Assembly (NCBI GenBank): GCA_050945315.1
Contig: JBMNSS010000002.1
Location: forward strand, 1-61,652
Reading direction: 5' to 3'
Source of the DNA: Limnochordia bacterium
GTDB lineage: Bacteria; Bacillota; Limnochordia; DTU080
DNA length: 61,652 bases
A model generated the notes under the pieces. The model was not told where the DNA came from. It saw only the letters and a list, made by a program, of their open reading frames with translations, and made no database searches. Below, piece by piece: positions 9,676-19,855 of this stretch. Made by a program: the position numbers and the translations under genes. How positions within the stretch are numbered: position 1 is the stretch's first letter; the number at the start of each line of letters is the position of its first letter.

Positions 9676-10440
9676 ATGATAGTCGATGATCACGAAGTTG
9701 TGCGGGTAGGATTACGATGCATTCTGGGGCGTGTCGCCGATTTTCAGGTGGTAGCCGAGGCGGCGACTGCCGAGGCGGCGGTGCGGGAAGTAGAGCAGAT
9801 GGCCGCCCCGAGTAAGACGGATCGCGGTCGGCATCATACTACTTCCGGCGTGCCCGATGTCGTCATCATGGATGTACGGATGCCGGGAGGTTCGGGAATC
9901 GAAGCCTGTCGGGCTATCAGACAACGGTTTCCGCGAGTGAAGGTGATCATGCTGACTTCATACAGCGATGATGAGGCCATTCTTGCCTCCGTCATGGCAG
10001 GGGCGGCAGGCTATGTACTCAAGCATATCGCCAGTGAAGAGCTTATCCACGCCATTCGCACGGTGCACCAAGGCGGGTCTTTGCTGGATCCCGAGACGAC
10101 CAAGAAGTTGCTCGAGCACGTGAGAGCCGGACAAAACACATCCGCGGTCGGCAACGGTGAGGAATGGAGTGCGGTCGTGACTCGAGTCAGCGAAGCGGAA
10201 GGAACCGGGGAGGCCATCAATGCCGAACTGCCGGAACCTATCAGTGACCAAGAGCGGAAGATTCTCTCTCTGATTGCCGAGGGGAAAACGAATCGGGAGA
10301 TTGCTGAGCGGATCTATCTTAGCGAAAAAACCGTTCGCAACTATGTGAGCAACATTCTCGGTAAACTGAACCTAAGCAATCGAGCGCATGCTGCAGCCTT
10401 TGCGGTGCGCTATGGCATCGCCTCACCCCGTCGCCACTGA
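9676..10440 (+). CDS. NarL/FixJ (LuxR-type) response regulator
   Basis: REC domain (MIVDDHEVVR...DVVIMDVRMPG...LTSY) plus a C-terminal LuxR HTH (ISDQERKILSLIAEGKTNREIAERIYLSEKTVRNYVSNILGKL). Confidence 0.85.
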   Translation: MIVDDHEVVRVGLRCILGRVADFQVVAEAATAEAAVREVEQMAAPSKTDRGRHHTTSGVPDVVIMDVRMPGGSGIEACRAIRQRFPRVKVIMLTSYSDDEAILASVMAGAAGYVLKHIASEELIHAIRTVHQGGSLLDPETTKKLLEHVRAGQNTSAVGNGEEWSAVVTRVSEAEGTGEAINAELPEPISDQERKILSLIAEGKTNREIAERIYLSEKTVRNYVSNILGKLNLSNRAHAAAFAVRYGIASPRRH

Positions 10441-10517
10441 CCTCTTTCAGGCGTCGCCCGCACAATGCACCAATAAGTGCGAGGGGCCTCCGGATCGAAG
10501 CCCCTCTTAACACGTTG

Positions 10518-11372
10518 TCAGCCCAAAACTATGCCGTTTTCTTCGGCAATTCGCCGAATGGCCGCCACGGATTCCTTCATGCCGCGGACGGTATCTCCAT
10601 CCGGAGCATAGTGCGGCTCAAGGGTCAGTGCACCCTTATATCCGGAGGCAATGCGTTTCAGCTCTTCTTGCCAATTAACCGCACCTTCACCCACGAGAGT
10701 GGCGTGAGACTCGCCTTTTTCGGGATCCCACACGCCGTCTTTTACGTGGACGAGGGCTATGCGATCCACAAAGACATCGAAGTCTTCCTGGCGCGGAGGA
10801 TGACCGATGCGCGCCGCATTGCCCGGGTCATAGATGAATTTCACCTGCGGGTCAAGGCGTCCGGCCGCTTCAGCCAGATCACCTGTATGACGGATCATGC
10901 AGGCACCCTCATTCTCGACACCGATGGTGACTCCGGTGCCTTCCAGTCTCTTGAGCGCCTCGGTCAGAGCTTCATTGAGGGTGTCCCAGAAGTCCACGTC
11001 TTCTTTGTACCAGAATGAGAAGAAGCGAATCTTGTCGGTGCCAAAGACCTTGGCCAGCTCGGCACCCCGACTGATCAGCTCCAGGTGCTCTTCATAGCTC
11101 ATCTCCCTGGCTGCGTGCATCGGACCGCTGGCCTCGTGATCCAGTCCCGGCATGGTGCACTTGAGAAACGGTGTCGCCACGGCGGACACTTTCATGTTGT
11201 AGCGATCGAGCAGACGCTTGGCCTGTTCTACTTGGCTGTCAGAGAGATCGATGCCGTTAACACCGTCTACGGCCCGCATTTCCACCCATTTGAGTCCCAA
11301 TTCAGATCCTATTTTAAGAGCTTCCTCAAAACTCACGTTCATTTCATCGGGAAGATATGATAAGTACAGCAA
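10518..11372 (-). CDS. sugar phosphate isomerase/epimerase (xylose isomerase-like TIM barrel)
   Basis: 284-aa ORF with an AP-endonuclease-2/TIM-barrel-type sequence. The TTG start follows AGAGGGG. Confidence 0.8.
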   Translation of the reverse strand: MLYLSYLPDEMNVSFEEALKIGSELGLKWVEMRAVDGVNGIDLSDSQVEQAKRLLDRYNMKVSAVATPFLKCTMPGLDHEASGPMHAAREMSYEEHLELISRGAELAKVFGTDKIRFFSFWYKEDVDFWDTLNEALTEALKRLEGTGVTIGVENEGACMIRHTGDLAEAAGRLDPQVKFIYDPGNAARIGHPPRQEDFDVFVDRIALVHVKDGVWDPEKGESHATLVGEGAVNWQEELKRIASGYKGALTLEPHYAPDGDTVRGMKESVAAIRRIAEENGIVLG

Positions 11373-11479
11373 TGATACACACCCCTCTTATTTGTTGCCA
11401 TCCATCTGGTCTGAGGGCGGCAGCTACATTCTACCCAACTTGGGCGTTTGCCACAACCCAACTCGAGGACATGCGGTTG

Positions 11480-12553
11480 TCAGCTATCGGAGCTGAGCTC
11501 GTGGCATATGGCGTCGGCGACCATGCTGGTCGTGGCGTTTCCGCCGAGATCAGGAGTCTTGATGCCGGCGAGCAATACTCGCTCCATCGCAGTCATTATC
11601 GACTGGGCTGCGCTGTGTTGGCCCAGGTGCTCGAGCATCATCGCGCCCGACCAGATCTGTCCCAGGGGATTGGCTATTCCTTGTCCGGCGATGTCAGGCG
11701 CCGAGCCATGAACCGGCTCGAACATGGAGGGATACTCTTTTTCAGGATTGATGTTTCCTGAAGGCGCCAACCCTATGCTGCCCGCGATAGCCGCTCCGAG
11801 ATCCGTCAAAATATCGCCGAACAGATTGGAAGCCACTACGACATCAAAGCACTCGGGATGGGTGACGAACCTGGCGGCCAAGGCATCGATATGGTACTGA
11901 TCACCTGTGCAATCAGGGTATTTGGCCAGCATCTCGGCGAAGAGCTCATCCCAAAAAGGCATGGTATGGTTTATGGCATTTGATTTCGTCGCTGAGGTGA
12001 CGTGGTGCCGCTTTCCGCGGGTTCTGGCCAATTCGAAAGCGTAACGCATGACTCGCTCGACGCCGAACCGGGTAAAGACGGAGTTTTGCACGACCACCTC
12101 TTGACTACGGCCGGCATACAGTCTTCCACCGATGTCCGAGTATTCACCTTCATTGTTTTCACGTACGACAACAAAATCGATATCTTCGGTCGTTTTCCCC
12201 GCCAACGGTGAGGAGATGCCCGGTAACAGCTTCACGGGCCGCAGATTCACGTACTGCCGGAAATGACGACGGATGGGCAACAAAAGGCCCCACAATGAGA
12301 CATGATCAGCTACCCCCGGATAGCCCACCGCACCGAGAAAAATGGCGTCGAAGCCGCGCAGCCGGTCAAGGCCGTCTTCGGGCATCATGCGTCCGGTCCT
12401 GGTGTACCATTCGCAACTCCAGGGAAAAAGAGTGTAGTGCAATCGAAAGCGGCCATCCGCCTCGGCAGAACGATTCAGCACACGTTGAGCTGCCGGCACT
12501 ACCTCCTTGCCGACACCGTCTCCGGGTATCACAGCGATATTATAGGTCTGCAA
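11480..12553 (-). CDS. tartrate dehydrogenase / D-malate dehydrogenase (isocitrate-isopropylmalate dehydrogenase family)
   Basis: N-terminus YNIAVIPGDGVGKEV, with family motifs NLFGDILTDLGA and GSAPDIAGQGIANP. Confidence 0.85.
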   Translation of the reverse strand: MQTYNIAVIPGDGVGKEVVPAAQRVLNRSAEADGRFRLHYTLFPWSCEWYTRTGRMMPEDGLDRLRGFDAIFLGAVGYPGVADHVSLWGLLLPIRRHFRQYVNLRPVKLLPGISSPLAGKTTEDIDFVVVRENNEGEYSDIGGRLYAGRSQEVVVQNSVFTRFGVERVMRYAFELARTRGKRHHVTSATKSNAINHTMPFWDELFAEMLAKYPDCTGDQYHIDALAARFVTHPECFDVVVASNLFGDILTDLGAAIAGSIGLAPSGNINPEKEYPSMFEPVHGSAPDIAGQGIANPLGQIWSGAMMLEHLGQHSAAQSIMTAMERVLLAGIKTPDLGGNATTSMVADAICHELSSDS

Positions 12554-12656
12554 GTATGCCGCTCCTTCAACTATTCTTTGTTGTCCTTATCGACCTCAGC
12601 CCAAAACCGTCACCGCCGACGCGCACTCACCGTTCTAGATCGCTGGGCGGCGCCGA

Positions 12657-13472
12657 TCAGGGCAAGAAGGGAAACAGTCTGGCCTTGGTCTCTGGTGTCA
12701 GTCTGGCCCCGTATTCACAGCATTCAAAGGACTCAGCGTATTTAACCTTACGGCCGGCTTCTCCATAGGTGGCGATCAGTTGTTCCCGACAAAGCTCGGC
12801 ATCGCGATTGAAGCGCGCCCGCATACGGGCATCCAACCACTCTTTTCTCTCGGCTTCTCCCTGGGGCACTTGGTCGATAAGCCCCTCATCATATGGCAAC
12901 CATTCAAACACTTGCGACTCATGACAGCCGACCATCTCGATCTTCGTCTCGATGACCCCGCTTATGTCGACAGCCACATCAGGAACAAACGGCGCCGGCT
13001 TGCGGAAGCGATCTGAGAAATACATGATCGTCACCGGTTTTAACAAAGGAGGGGTGAGAGGCGTCATATTTGGGACGCGCAGGATGTAGGAAGCGTCTTG
13101 AACGAGTTGTGACGTATAGCGATGATCGGGGTGGTAATCGTTTGGACGATGGGTCAGTATGAGGTCCGGTTCGAACTCACGGATGATGCGTATGACCTGC
13201 TTCCTGGTTGGGATGTCAGGCATCAGTTCGCCGTTGTGGATGTCTAAGACCAGCGATTCGGCACCGACTACGGCCGCGGCGGCCGCAGCCTCGTCGCGGC
13301 GACGTTTGGCCAACACACCGCCACCCATGGCATAGTGTCCGGTGTTACCGTTGGTCAAAGAGACGATACGTACCACATGACCATGAGAGGTCCACAAGGC
13401 CGCACATCCGCCGGCTTTGAGTTCGCAATCGTCGGGATGGGCACCGAACATCAAGACACGAATCTGGCTCAT
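12657..13472 (-). CDS. PIG-L / LmbE family N-acetylglucosaminyl deacetylase
   Basis: The motif VLMFGAHPDDCE and a later HPDH are present. The start is set at ATG 13472 after AAGGGGG. Confidence 0.85.
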   Translation of the reverse strand: MSQIRVLMFGAHPDDCELKAGGCAALWTSHGHVVRIVSLTNGNTGHYAMGGGVLAKRRRDEAAAAAAVVGAESLVLDIHNGELMPDIPTRKQVIRIIREFEPDLILTHRPNDYHPDHRYTSQLVQDASYILRVPNMTPLTPPLLKPVTIMYFSDRFRKPAPFVPDVAVDISGVIETKIEMVGCHESQVFEWLPYDEGLIDQVPQGEAERKEWLDARMRARFNRDAELCREQLIATYGEAGRKVKYAESFECCEYGARLTPETKARLFPFLP

Positions 13473-13577
13473 TGGCACTGGCCCCCTTTTTTTATGTTGC
13501 CGTGGCAGTCAGATGACTCACAGCGTTGTCATAGGCATCTGCATGGGGTGATTCCATCTGAAGACAGCGCTTCCTCC

Positions 13578-13613
13578 AGAGATAACCCTGGGGCATCCGA
13601 CGGACGCCCCAGG
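13578..13613 (-). terminator. stem-loop after the DUF4340 gene
   Basis: CCTGGGGC (13587-13594) pairs with GCCCCAGG (13606-13613). On the minus strand it is followed by a T-containing tail. Confidence 0.4.
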
Positions 13614-13635
13614 CATGATCCCATCTTTCTGCTTT

Positions 13636-15012
13636 TTACTTACTCGCCTGTTCGTTGAAGGTCTCCTGTAACCTGCGCAAATGAGCACCGTCTAACTGAT
13701 AGCGATGCTGCCTTCCGTCAACCGTGGTCGGCCACAGTCCATCGTCTGTTGTCTCGCGAGAGGCAAGACCGCGGCGTTTGCCGTCCAGCCCGGTTACATG
13801 CAACGTCCAAAGCTTTCCGGCGGTGGGGAGTTGTGTTGAGCGTCTCTGTTCGATGCTGTCAAGCTGAACGGCTCGAACCGCGGCCAGAATCCGATCGACA
13901 CGACTCCGTTCAATGGTGATGGGAGCTCTGTCGGGCAGCTCCAGTCTCCAGACATCGCCCGCTTTTTCGAGTGTCCACGTACCGTCGGGAGTAACCAGCT
14001 GTACCTCCTGCGTGCGTGTGGCCCAGGCCTCATTAAAGATCAGTTTGTTGACGAACTCCTCTGCCTTCAGTGTCATTAGTTCGCTGAGATCCGCAGTGAT
14101 CTCATAGATCGTCTGATCATCAGCACTGGATTGCACGTAATAGGTGGTGGTGACCCCCCAGTAGGATCTTCCCGGGGGTGGCGGGACTTCCACTATGCCG
14201 ATGTTCAGAGTATGAGTCTTTTCTTCGTGACTGCTTCTGGTGACCATCTCTATTTGCAGAGCCGGCTTGTCCAGACCATAGGAACTCAGATCCTGAGGTG
14301 TATCGATAAATGACGTTGTCTGCATGAAACCGAGACCCCAGACGAACTCTTCGGTCAGCAGTCCGTCGGCTTCATCCTGGAACGGCGATATTAGTTGCCA
14401 TTCATTCCCGACACGCATCAAAACGATGGAACTGCCATCGGCGTAACGGAAGCCCAAGCGCTGAACATCCGTAACGACGATATCCATAATCCGTTTGTCC
14501 CGCAGTGCCGTGAGATCCTGGTTGAGAAGCTCGGCTACCTCCTGAGACAGCGTATATACTTCCTTCTTGCCGGCAATTCTCACGTATCGGCCGTAGCCCA
14601 CCGGTGTATTGTCGCCGAATTCCAATACGGTTGTCTCGTTGTCCTTTGTCTTGATGGTTACCACCAGTTGCGGGGAATCCAACCCGTAGCTCGCATCACC
14701 TTCCGGGTCATCAAAACGCTCATCCGCTACCAGCTGCTCAAGCAGGCTGAGCAACGGGATCACCGTGTTCAGGTCGGCTTTCCAGGTTAACGGTGAGGTG
14801 ATCTGCCAGTTGTCGAGTTTGAGTTCCAGCACCACCGGTGGACTCTCAGGGCGTTCGAAAGTCATACTCTCTATGGATTGCGGGTCAAGGGCCAAGAGCC
14901 GCCGGGCGGCGAGCTCTTGGGGTTCCTCCGCCCGGCGCAGCGTCCATACCGTCACGGTGCCTAAGACGATCGCCACCAGGATGAGAATCCACGTCGGCGT
15001 GAAACGCTTCAT
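13636..15012 (-). CDS. DUF4340 domain protein (membrane-anchored, last gene of the Gld-like ABC operon)
   Basis: ATG 15012 follows GGAGGAGG and overlaps the upstream stop. There is an N-terminal TM helix. The family call is from recollection of GldG-DUF4340 pairing. Confidence 0.6.
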   Translation of the reverse strand: MKRFTPTWILILVAIVLGTVTVWTLRRAEEPQELAARRLLALDPQSIESMTFERPESPPVVLELKLDNWQITSPLTWKADLNTVIPLLSLLEQLVADERFDDPEGDASYGLDSPQLVVTIKTKDNETTVLEFGDNTPVGYGRYVRIAGKKEVYTLSQEVAELLNQDLTALRDKRIMDIVVTDVQRLGFRYADGSSIVLMRVGNEWQLISPFQDEADGLLTEEFVWGLGFMQTTSFIDTPQDLSSYGLDKPALQIEMVTRSSHEEKTHTLNIGIVEVPPPPGRSYWGVTTTYYVQSSADDQTIYEITADLSELMTLKAEEFVNKLIFNEAWATRTQEVQLVTPDGTWTLEKAGDVWRLELPDRAPITIERSRVDRILAAVRAVQLDSIEQRRSTQLPTAGKLWTLHVTGLDGKRRGLASRETTDDGLWPTTVDGRQHRYQLDGAHLRRLQETFNEQASK

Positions 15013-16625
15013 AGTGAGCGCCTCCTCCACCAAACCACGCCGCCGATCAGAAGAACCGTCACAGGCATGAGGATCACGGTGACGAAGAAGATGACCGAGG
15101 CGGAGGCGCCTGTCAACTGAACTAAGCGATACTCAGGTGACCTGGGACGGATAGTGAGCTCTTCTTCCCGACCACTAAGCCAATTTATTGAGTTGAGGAA
15201 GAAGTCCAGATTGCCCTGGAAACGCAAGACGTCACTTGTCAACCAGGATGAGCTACCCATGACGATGATTCTGGCGGTCGGCTCTCGTTCTTCCTGCTCC
15301 ATCTCTTCCGTCTCTTCCCGGTACTCGGCCTCAATAGCGTAACCCAGCCACAACGGTCCTTCGGTGTCTTTGTTGTCCTTCACCGCGCGTGGTGCGTTGT
15401 AGTCCACCTCACCCCATGAGGCATCGGTGGTTTTCATAAGCCCCGTGATCTGGTAACCCTCCGGAACATCGCCTTTGATAAGACTGCGCGTACGCGGAAT
15501 GACTGTCTGGACACGCTCTTTCATCAAATCGCGCGTCGAGGCATGGTAATCCCACTGCGGAATGGGGCTGCGAGCATCGAGGAAGTAGTTGCGCTCGGGA
15601 TCGATGACGAGATCTCTGCGGGCTGTCACACCCCATGAACTCAGCCACTTCTCGAGTTCCGGCAGCGGTTCTCCGCGAGTTGGCGGATCAAGCAACACCA
15701 TAAGGCGTCCGGCGGAGTGAGCGTAACGGTTTAGAGCCTCGATTTCAGCCGGAGAGTAGTCTTTTTGAGGACCGGCCAGGACCACCACTGTCGCGTCTGC
15801 GGGAACTCCGGCTTTCTCGGCAATGTTTAGCTCTTCGACGTCATAGCCTTCGCCTTCAAGATAGGCGCGCACTTGACGGTAGTCCATATTGAGATTCCGT
15901 TCGCCATGGGCGGTCATGAAGTAGATCAGACCCGCCTTGCCCTGTGTGATGTCACGGATGGCCCGTGTAAAGGCTTGTTCTCCGGTGAACTGGGGCACCT
16001 GTGTCGTCGGCGATTGGCTGAAAATGTCCCAAGAGTAGACTTTACGGGTCTCTGTGCCGGCCTCAAAGACCACCATGTTAATCAGATCGATGTTGAAGCG
16101 TTGAGCCAGGGCCGGGTTCTTGTTGGTGTCGACCATCTCATACTTGAATCGGTCGGTGATGAGAGCATACTCCTTGAGGAGCTTCGCCACCTGCGCGGCC
16201 TCGGCGGTACCAGGCTGCATGAAGGCGTAGGCCTTCACCGGCCGGTCGAGTTCTCTGAGTATGGTTGTTGTCTGTTGAGACAATGTGAGGCGCTTGTTGG
16301 CGGTCAGATCCAAACGGGCACGGTATTGAGAACCCAGGATGTTGGCGAACAGCACGATGGCTACGACTGCCCCGGTCAGCAAGATGGCATTCGCCCCATA
16401 GCGGAATGAGCGCGCCGTGGCGAGCTGTCTCCAAGCATCGCGTTGGACGTAAAGGCCAAGTCCGATCAGCAAGACTGCTATGGTGCCCAAGACAAGACCT
16501 ACCACCTTGAGGCGCCCTCCTGCAGCGGAGAAGGCGAAAGCGACAAGGATCAAGACGATACTGGCCACCGTGGCCGGAAAAACCCAACCGGTGCGCGTCA
16601 ATAAGGCTTGCTTCAGTTTTGACAT
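15009..16625 (-). CDS. GldG-like ABC-type uncharacterized transport system auxiliary protein
   Basis: It has N- and C-terminal TM helices and a large extracytoplasmic region. ATG 16625 follows GGAGGTGG and overlaps the permease stop (TAATG). Confidence 0.7.
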   Translation of the reverse strand: MSKLKQALLTRTGWVFPATVASIVLILVAFAFSAAGGRLKVVGLVLGTIAVLLIGLGLYVQRDAWRQLATARSFRYGANAILLTGAVVAIVLFANILGSQYRARLDLTANKRLTLSQQTTTILRELDRPVKAYAFMQPGTAEAAQVAKLLKEYALITDRFKYEMVDTNKNPALAQRFNIDLINMVVFEAGTETRKVYSWDIFSQSPTTQVPQFTGEQAFTRAIRDITQGKAGLIYFMTAHGERNLNMDYRQVRAYLEGEGYDVEELNIAEKAGVPADATVVVLAGPQKDYSPAEIEALNRYAHSAGRLMVLLDPPTRGEPLPELEKWLSSWGVTARRDLVIDPERNYFLDARSPIPQWDYHASTRDLMKERVQTVIPRTRSLIKGDVPEGYQITGLMKTTDASWGEVDYNAPRAVKDNKDTEGPLWLGYAIEAEYREETEEMEQEEREPTARIIVMGSSSWLTSDVLRFQGNLDFFLNSINWLSGREEELTIRPRSPEYRLVQLTGASASVIFFVTVILMPVTVLLIGGVVWWRRRSL

Positions 16626-17338
16626 TAGCTCCACCTCCGTCGGTCCACGGTACGGACAGTGAAGAACAGGAATAGGAAGATGAAACTGAGATAGAAGATC
16701 AAGTCGCTCGTATCGAGAATCCCCATGATAAACGCGTCATACCTGGCGAGCAGGCTGAGCGACTGAACGAAAAGACCAAGCCCTCCTCCGATGGCTTCCC
16801 CGATCCATGTGATGAGCCACAGGCCAAGCAGGATGCCAAAGCCGATGACACCCGCTATGATCTGGTTCTCACTGAGTGATGAGGCGAAGAGCCCCACGGC
16901 AAGGAAGGCCGCTCCCAGCAAGAACAGACCCAGGTAGCCCGTGAATATGAGACCACCCTCCGGCTCACCGATGATGAACAGGATCAGCGGATAGATACAC
17001 GTCAGCAGGAGCATGGTTGCCCATACGCTGAGCACGCCGAGGTATTTACCCACCACAATCTCCGGCACGGTTAAAGGAGACGTGAGAAGGAACTCGTCAG
17101 TGCCCAAACGGCGTTCTTCCGACAGGGTGCGCATGGTCAGCAAAGGTGCCACAAAAAGGAATGTGACAGCCAGATTACCGAAGAGCAGACTCATGTCTGC
17201 CAGTTGAGTGGAAAAAAGAGCGATGGAGAAAACGTATCCGGCCAGCACAAGAAAGGCGGCGATCACTACATAAGCGATAGTGGATCGAAATAAGCTGGAA
17301 AACTCGCGCCGCCAAATCGTGTTGATACTATGCATCAT
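16625..17338 (-). CDS. ABC-2 type transporter permease (GldF-like)
   Basis: 237-aa polytopic membrane protein, translationally coupled to the ATPase gene. Confidence 0.8.
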   Translation of the reverse strand: MMHSINTIWRREFSSLFRSTIAYVVIAAFLVLAGYVFSIALFSTQLADMSLLFGNLAVTFLFVAPLLTMRTLSEERRLGTDEFLLTSPLTVPEIVVGKYLGVLSVWATMLLLTCIYPLILFIIGEPEGGLIFTGYLGLFLLGAAFLAVGLFASSLSENQIIAGVIGFGILLGLWLITWIGEAIGGGLGLFVQSLSLLARYDAFIMGILDTSDLIFYLSFIFLFLFFTVRTVDRRRWS

Positions 17339-18335
17339 CGCTCACCCCTCCTTCTTTGGCATCCGCCTGCGAGGACTTCCAGCCGGAGTCAAATCCGATG
17401 TCCTCCTCGGTGACGAGCTGGAGGAAGACGTCTTCAAGACTCATATCGTGGCTCTTCATTTCGAGGATGGGCCACTTGGCTTCCGCCATGGCCTGTGACA
17501 GATCTCGGCGGATATCAACATCCTTTTGCACCTGTATGTCGTACAGCCGACCCGGTTGGTCATCCTCGGGCACAACGGAGATCTCAGCCACGCCCGGCAG
17601 ATCGTGAAGTCGGGCAAAGACTTCCTTTTGGGGGCCGTCTATTCGGACAAGAACCCGTTCTCCTTGGCGCAGACGTCGCGACAGAGCCTCAGGAGTATCC
17701 ATGGCCACCAGACGTCCCTCATTAATGATCACTACGCGCTGGCACAGCTGGCTGATCTCCGGCAGGATGTGCGAACTGATGATCACGGTATGCTCACCTT
17801 TTAAGTCGCGCAACAGTTGTCTAATCTCGATGATTTGTCGCGGGTCCAGTCCGATGGTGGGCTCGTCCAAGATGAGCACCGGAGGATTGCCCACCAGGGC
17901 CTGGGCAAGGCCTACTCGCTGACGGTAGCCCTTGGACAAGTTGCGGATGAGTCGATGGAAGACCTCCGCTAATCCCACTCGTTGGGCGATACCGTCCAGA
18001 TGGTTCTTACGCTGCGAGACGGGTACCCGCTTCACCCGGGCCACGAATTCGAGTTGTTCTTTGACCGTGGCGTCGTGGTACAAAGGCGGGATCTCCGGCA
18101 AATAGCCGATCTGCCGTTTCGCTTCTTGTGCCTGTTCGAAAATATCATAGCCATTAATGGTGACCTTGCCGCTTGTGGCAGGATGGTAGCCGGTGATTAC
18201 CCGCATGGTTGTGGTCTTACCCGCTCCGTTGGGGCCCAGAAAGCCAAGGATCTCGCCTTCGGCGACTTCAAAGGAAATATCCTCCACTCCGCGCGCTGTA
18301 CCATAGCGCTTGGTGACATTTTCTAGCTTGATCAA
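17328..18335 (-). CDS. ABC transporter ATP-binding protein (GldA-like)
   Basis: Walker A GPNGAGKTT, signature LSKGYRQR, Walker B LILDEP. The start is set at TTG 18335, 9 nt after GGAAGGGAGG. The track ORF is extended to 18446. Confidence 0.9.
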   Translation of the reverse strand: MIKLENVTKRYGTARGVEDISFEVAEGEILGFLGPNGAGKTTTMRVITGYHPATSGKVTINGYDIFEQAQEAKRQIGYLPEIPPLYHDATVKEQLEFVARVKRVPVSQRKNHLDGIAQRVGLAEVFHRLIRNLSKGYRQRVGLAQALVGNPPVLILDEPTIGLDPRQIIEIRQLLRDLKGEHTVIISSHILPEISQLCQRVVIINEGRLVAMDTPEALSRRLRQGERVLVRIDGPQKEVFARLHDLPGVAEISVVPEDDQPGRLYDIQVQKDVDIRRDLSQAMAEAKWPILEMKSHDMSLEDVFLQLVTEEDIGFDSGWKSSQADAKEGGVSDDA

Positions 18336-18507
18336 GAAGAAGAACCTCCCTTCCAAATAAAACAAGTGAGCACACAATTCACCAACGAACGTCGCCTCTA
18401 TCACCGACGTCGCGTTGGGGGTAGGATGCTCGTTATTTCCATTCACTTCGAAAAGGCGTTTTCCTGCTGGAAAGGGGCACCGACACAGGTAAGAGCGGGG
18501 AGATATG

Positions 18508-19722
18508 CTACGCAGGTGAGCGTTTTTTCATTTTGGCCGCATCGATCCACAAGGAGGCGACGACGGCACCGACCGCGGCGATGGCGGCGGCAACCCAAAA
18601 CATCGTCGTCACATTCATCTTTTCAGCGAGTCCAAAAGCCGGGGGACCAGCCGCCACACCGAAGAAGCGAACGGTACCGTAGATACAGGTGATAAGGCCA
18701 CGTTCTTCAGGACCGGTGGTACTGGTTATCAGGGTGTTAAGCGGCGGAAGGATGATACCGACGCCAAATGCACTGATTGAAGCGAGTGCCACAAATAAGA
18801 ACACGGATGTATCACCAAGCGGCAACAGAGCAAGGCCAACGGCGATCGTGATCAGACCGGTAATCACCGCCGGTTTGAGCCATACCTGACGAGACTGCAA
18901 AAACAGGCCTCCCCCAAATGACGCCAGGCACATGGCTCCGACGGGGATCGCCAGAACTCCGCCTTTGGCGAACCCGAATACATGGAAGCGTCCTTCCAGC
19001 TGGTCCGAGAGAAAAGCCAACAGACCAAACAAGAGAAACAGGCCGATGGCTCCGGCGGCATAGGCCGCCAAAAGAGTCGAAGCCTTCTCGCCGAAAATCC
19101 GGCGCAGACTCTCGACGTATTGTGAAAGAGGCTGTTGTTGAGGTTTTTTGTCATCGGGCTCATCGACCAAGAACCATACCAGACAGGCGATGGGCAGAGC
19201 CAGCAAGCCGTAGGAGAAAAAGGGAGCGTACCAGCTTATGAGACCGATCGCCGAACCCAAGACGGGACTGAGCACCTTGCCGAGCCCGTTGGCCGCCTCG
19301 AGGTAACCGAGAGCCTTTGTGCGCTCATCGGAGGTGAAGATGTCGCTCGTCAGCGCCATAGCCAGTTGGTAGGTTCCGCCGGCGCCGATGCCTTGGACGA
19401 CTCTGGCCGCCAGAATCATCGCATAGGGCTTCGACAGCGTTACGGCTGCCAGACCTGCCAACAGACCCCCGAGCCCGTAAACGATGAGGGCCGGAGCCAT
19501 GACCGGCTTGCGCCCCACGTGGTCGGAGAGCACTCCGGCGAATGGAATGAGTAGGCCGGCGGGGACGGAGAAGAGTGTGACCATGAGGCCCACCTGAAAC
19601 TGTGTGAGCTGCATGGCTTCCTTCATCTGTGGAAAGACGGGGATAAGCATGGAGTTGCCCAACACCATGATGAAGGGCACTCCCGACAACACCAAGAAAG
19701 GAAGGATCATTTTCGGCTTCAT
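18508..19722 (-). CDS. MFS transporter
   Basis: About 12 predicted TM segments, with an MFS-like loop DHVGRKP. ATG 19722 follows GAGGAG. The track ORF is extended to 19818. Confidence 0.85.
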   Translation of the reverse strand: MKPKMILPFLVLSGVPFIMVLGNSMLIPVFPQMKEAMQLTQFQVGLMVTLFSVPAGLLIPFAGVLSDHVGRKPVMAPALIVYGLGGLLAGLAAVTLSKPYAMILAARVVQGIGAGGTYQLAMALTSDIFTSDERTKALGYLEAANGLGKVLSPVLGSAIGLISWYAPFFSYGLLALPIACLVWFLVDEPDDKKPQQQPLSQYVESLRRIFGEKASTLLAAYAAGAIGLFLLFGLLAFLSDQLEGRFHVFGFAKGGVLAIPVGAMCLASFGGGLFLQSRQVWLKPAVITGLITIAVGLALLPLGDTSVFLFVALASISAFGVGIILPPLNTLITSTTGPEERGLITCIYGTVRFFGVAAGPPAFGLAEKMNVTTMFWVAAAIAAVGAVVASLWIDAAKMKKRSPA

Positions 19723-19855
19723 GATCGGCGGACTCCTCTGTCGGCATGCGCATCCGCGGTGAATGCACATGTCCGGACGCGTAGTGGCTGGATCTGCACC
19801 CCGCATAGGATTCCCCAATCCGGGGTTCCTAGACGGACACAGAGGAGTCAGCTAC

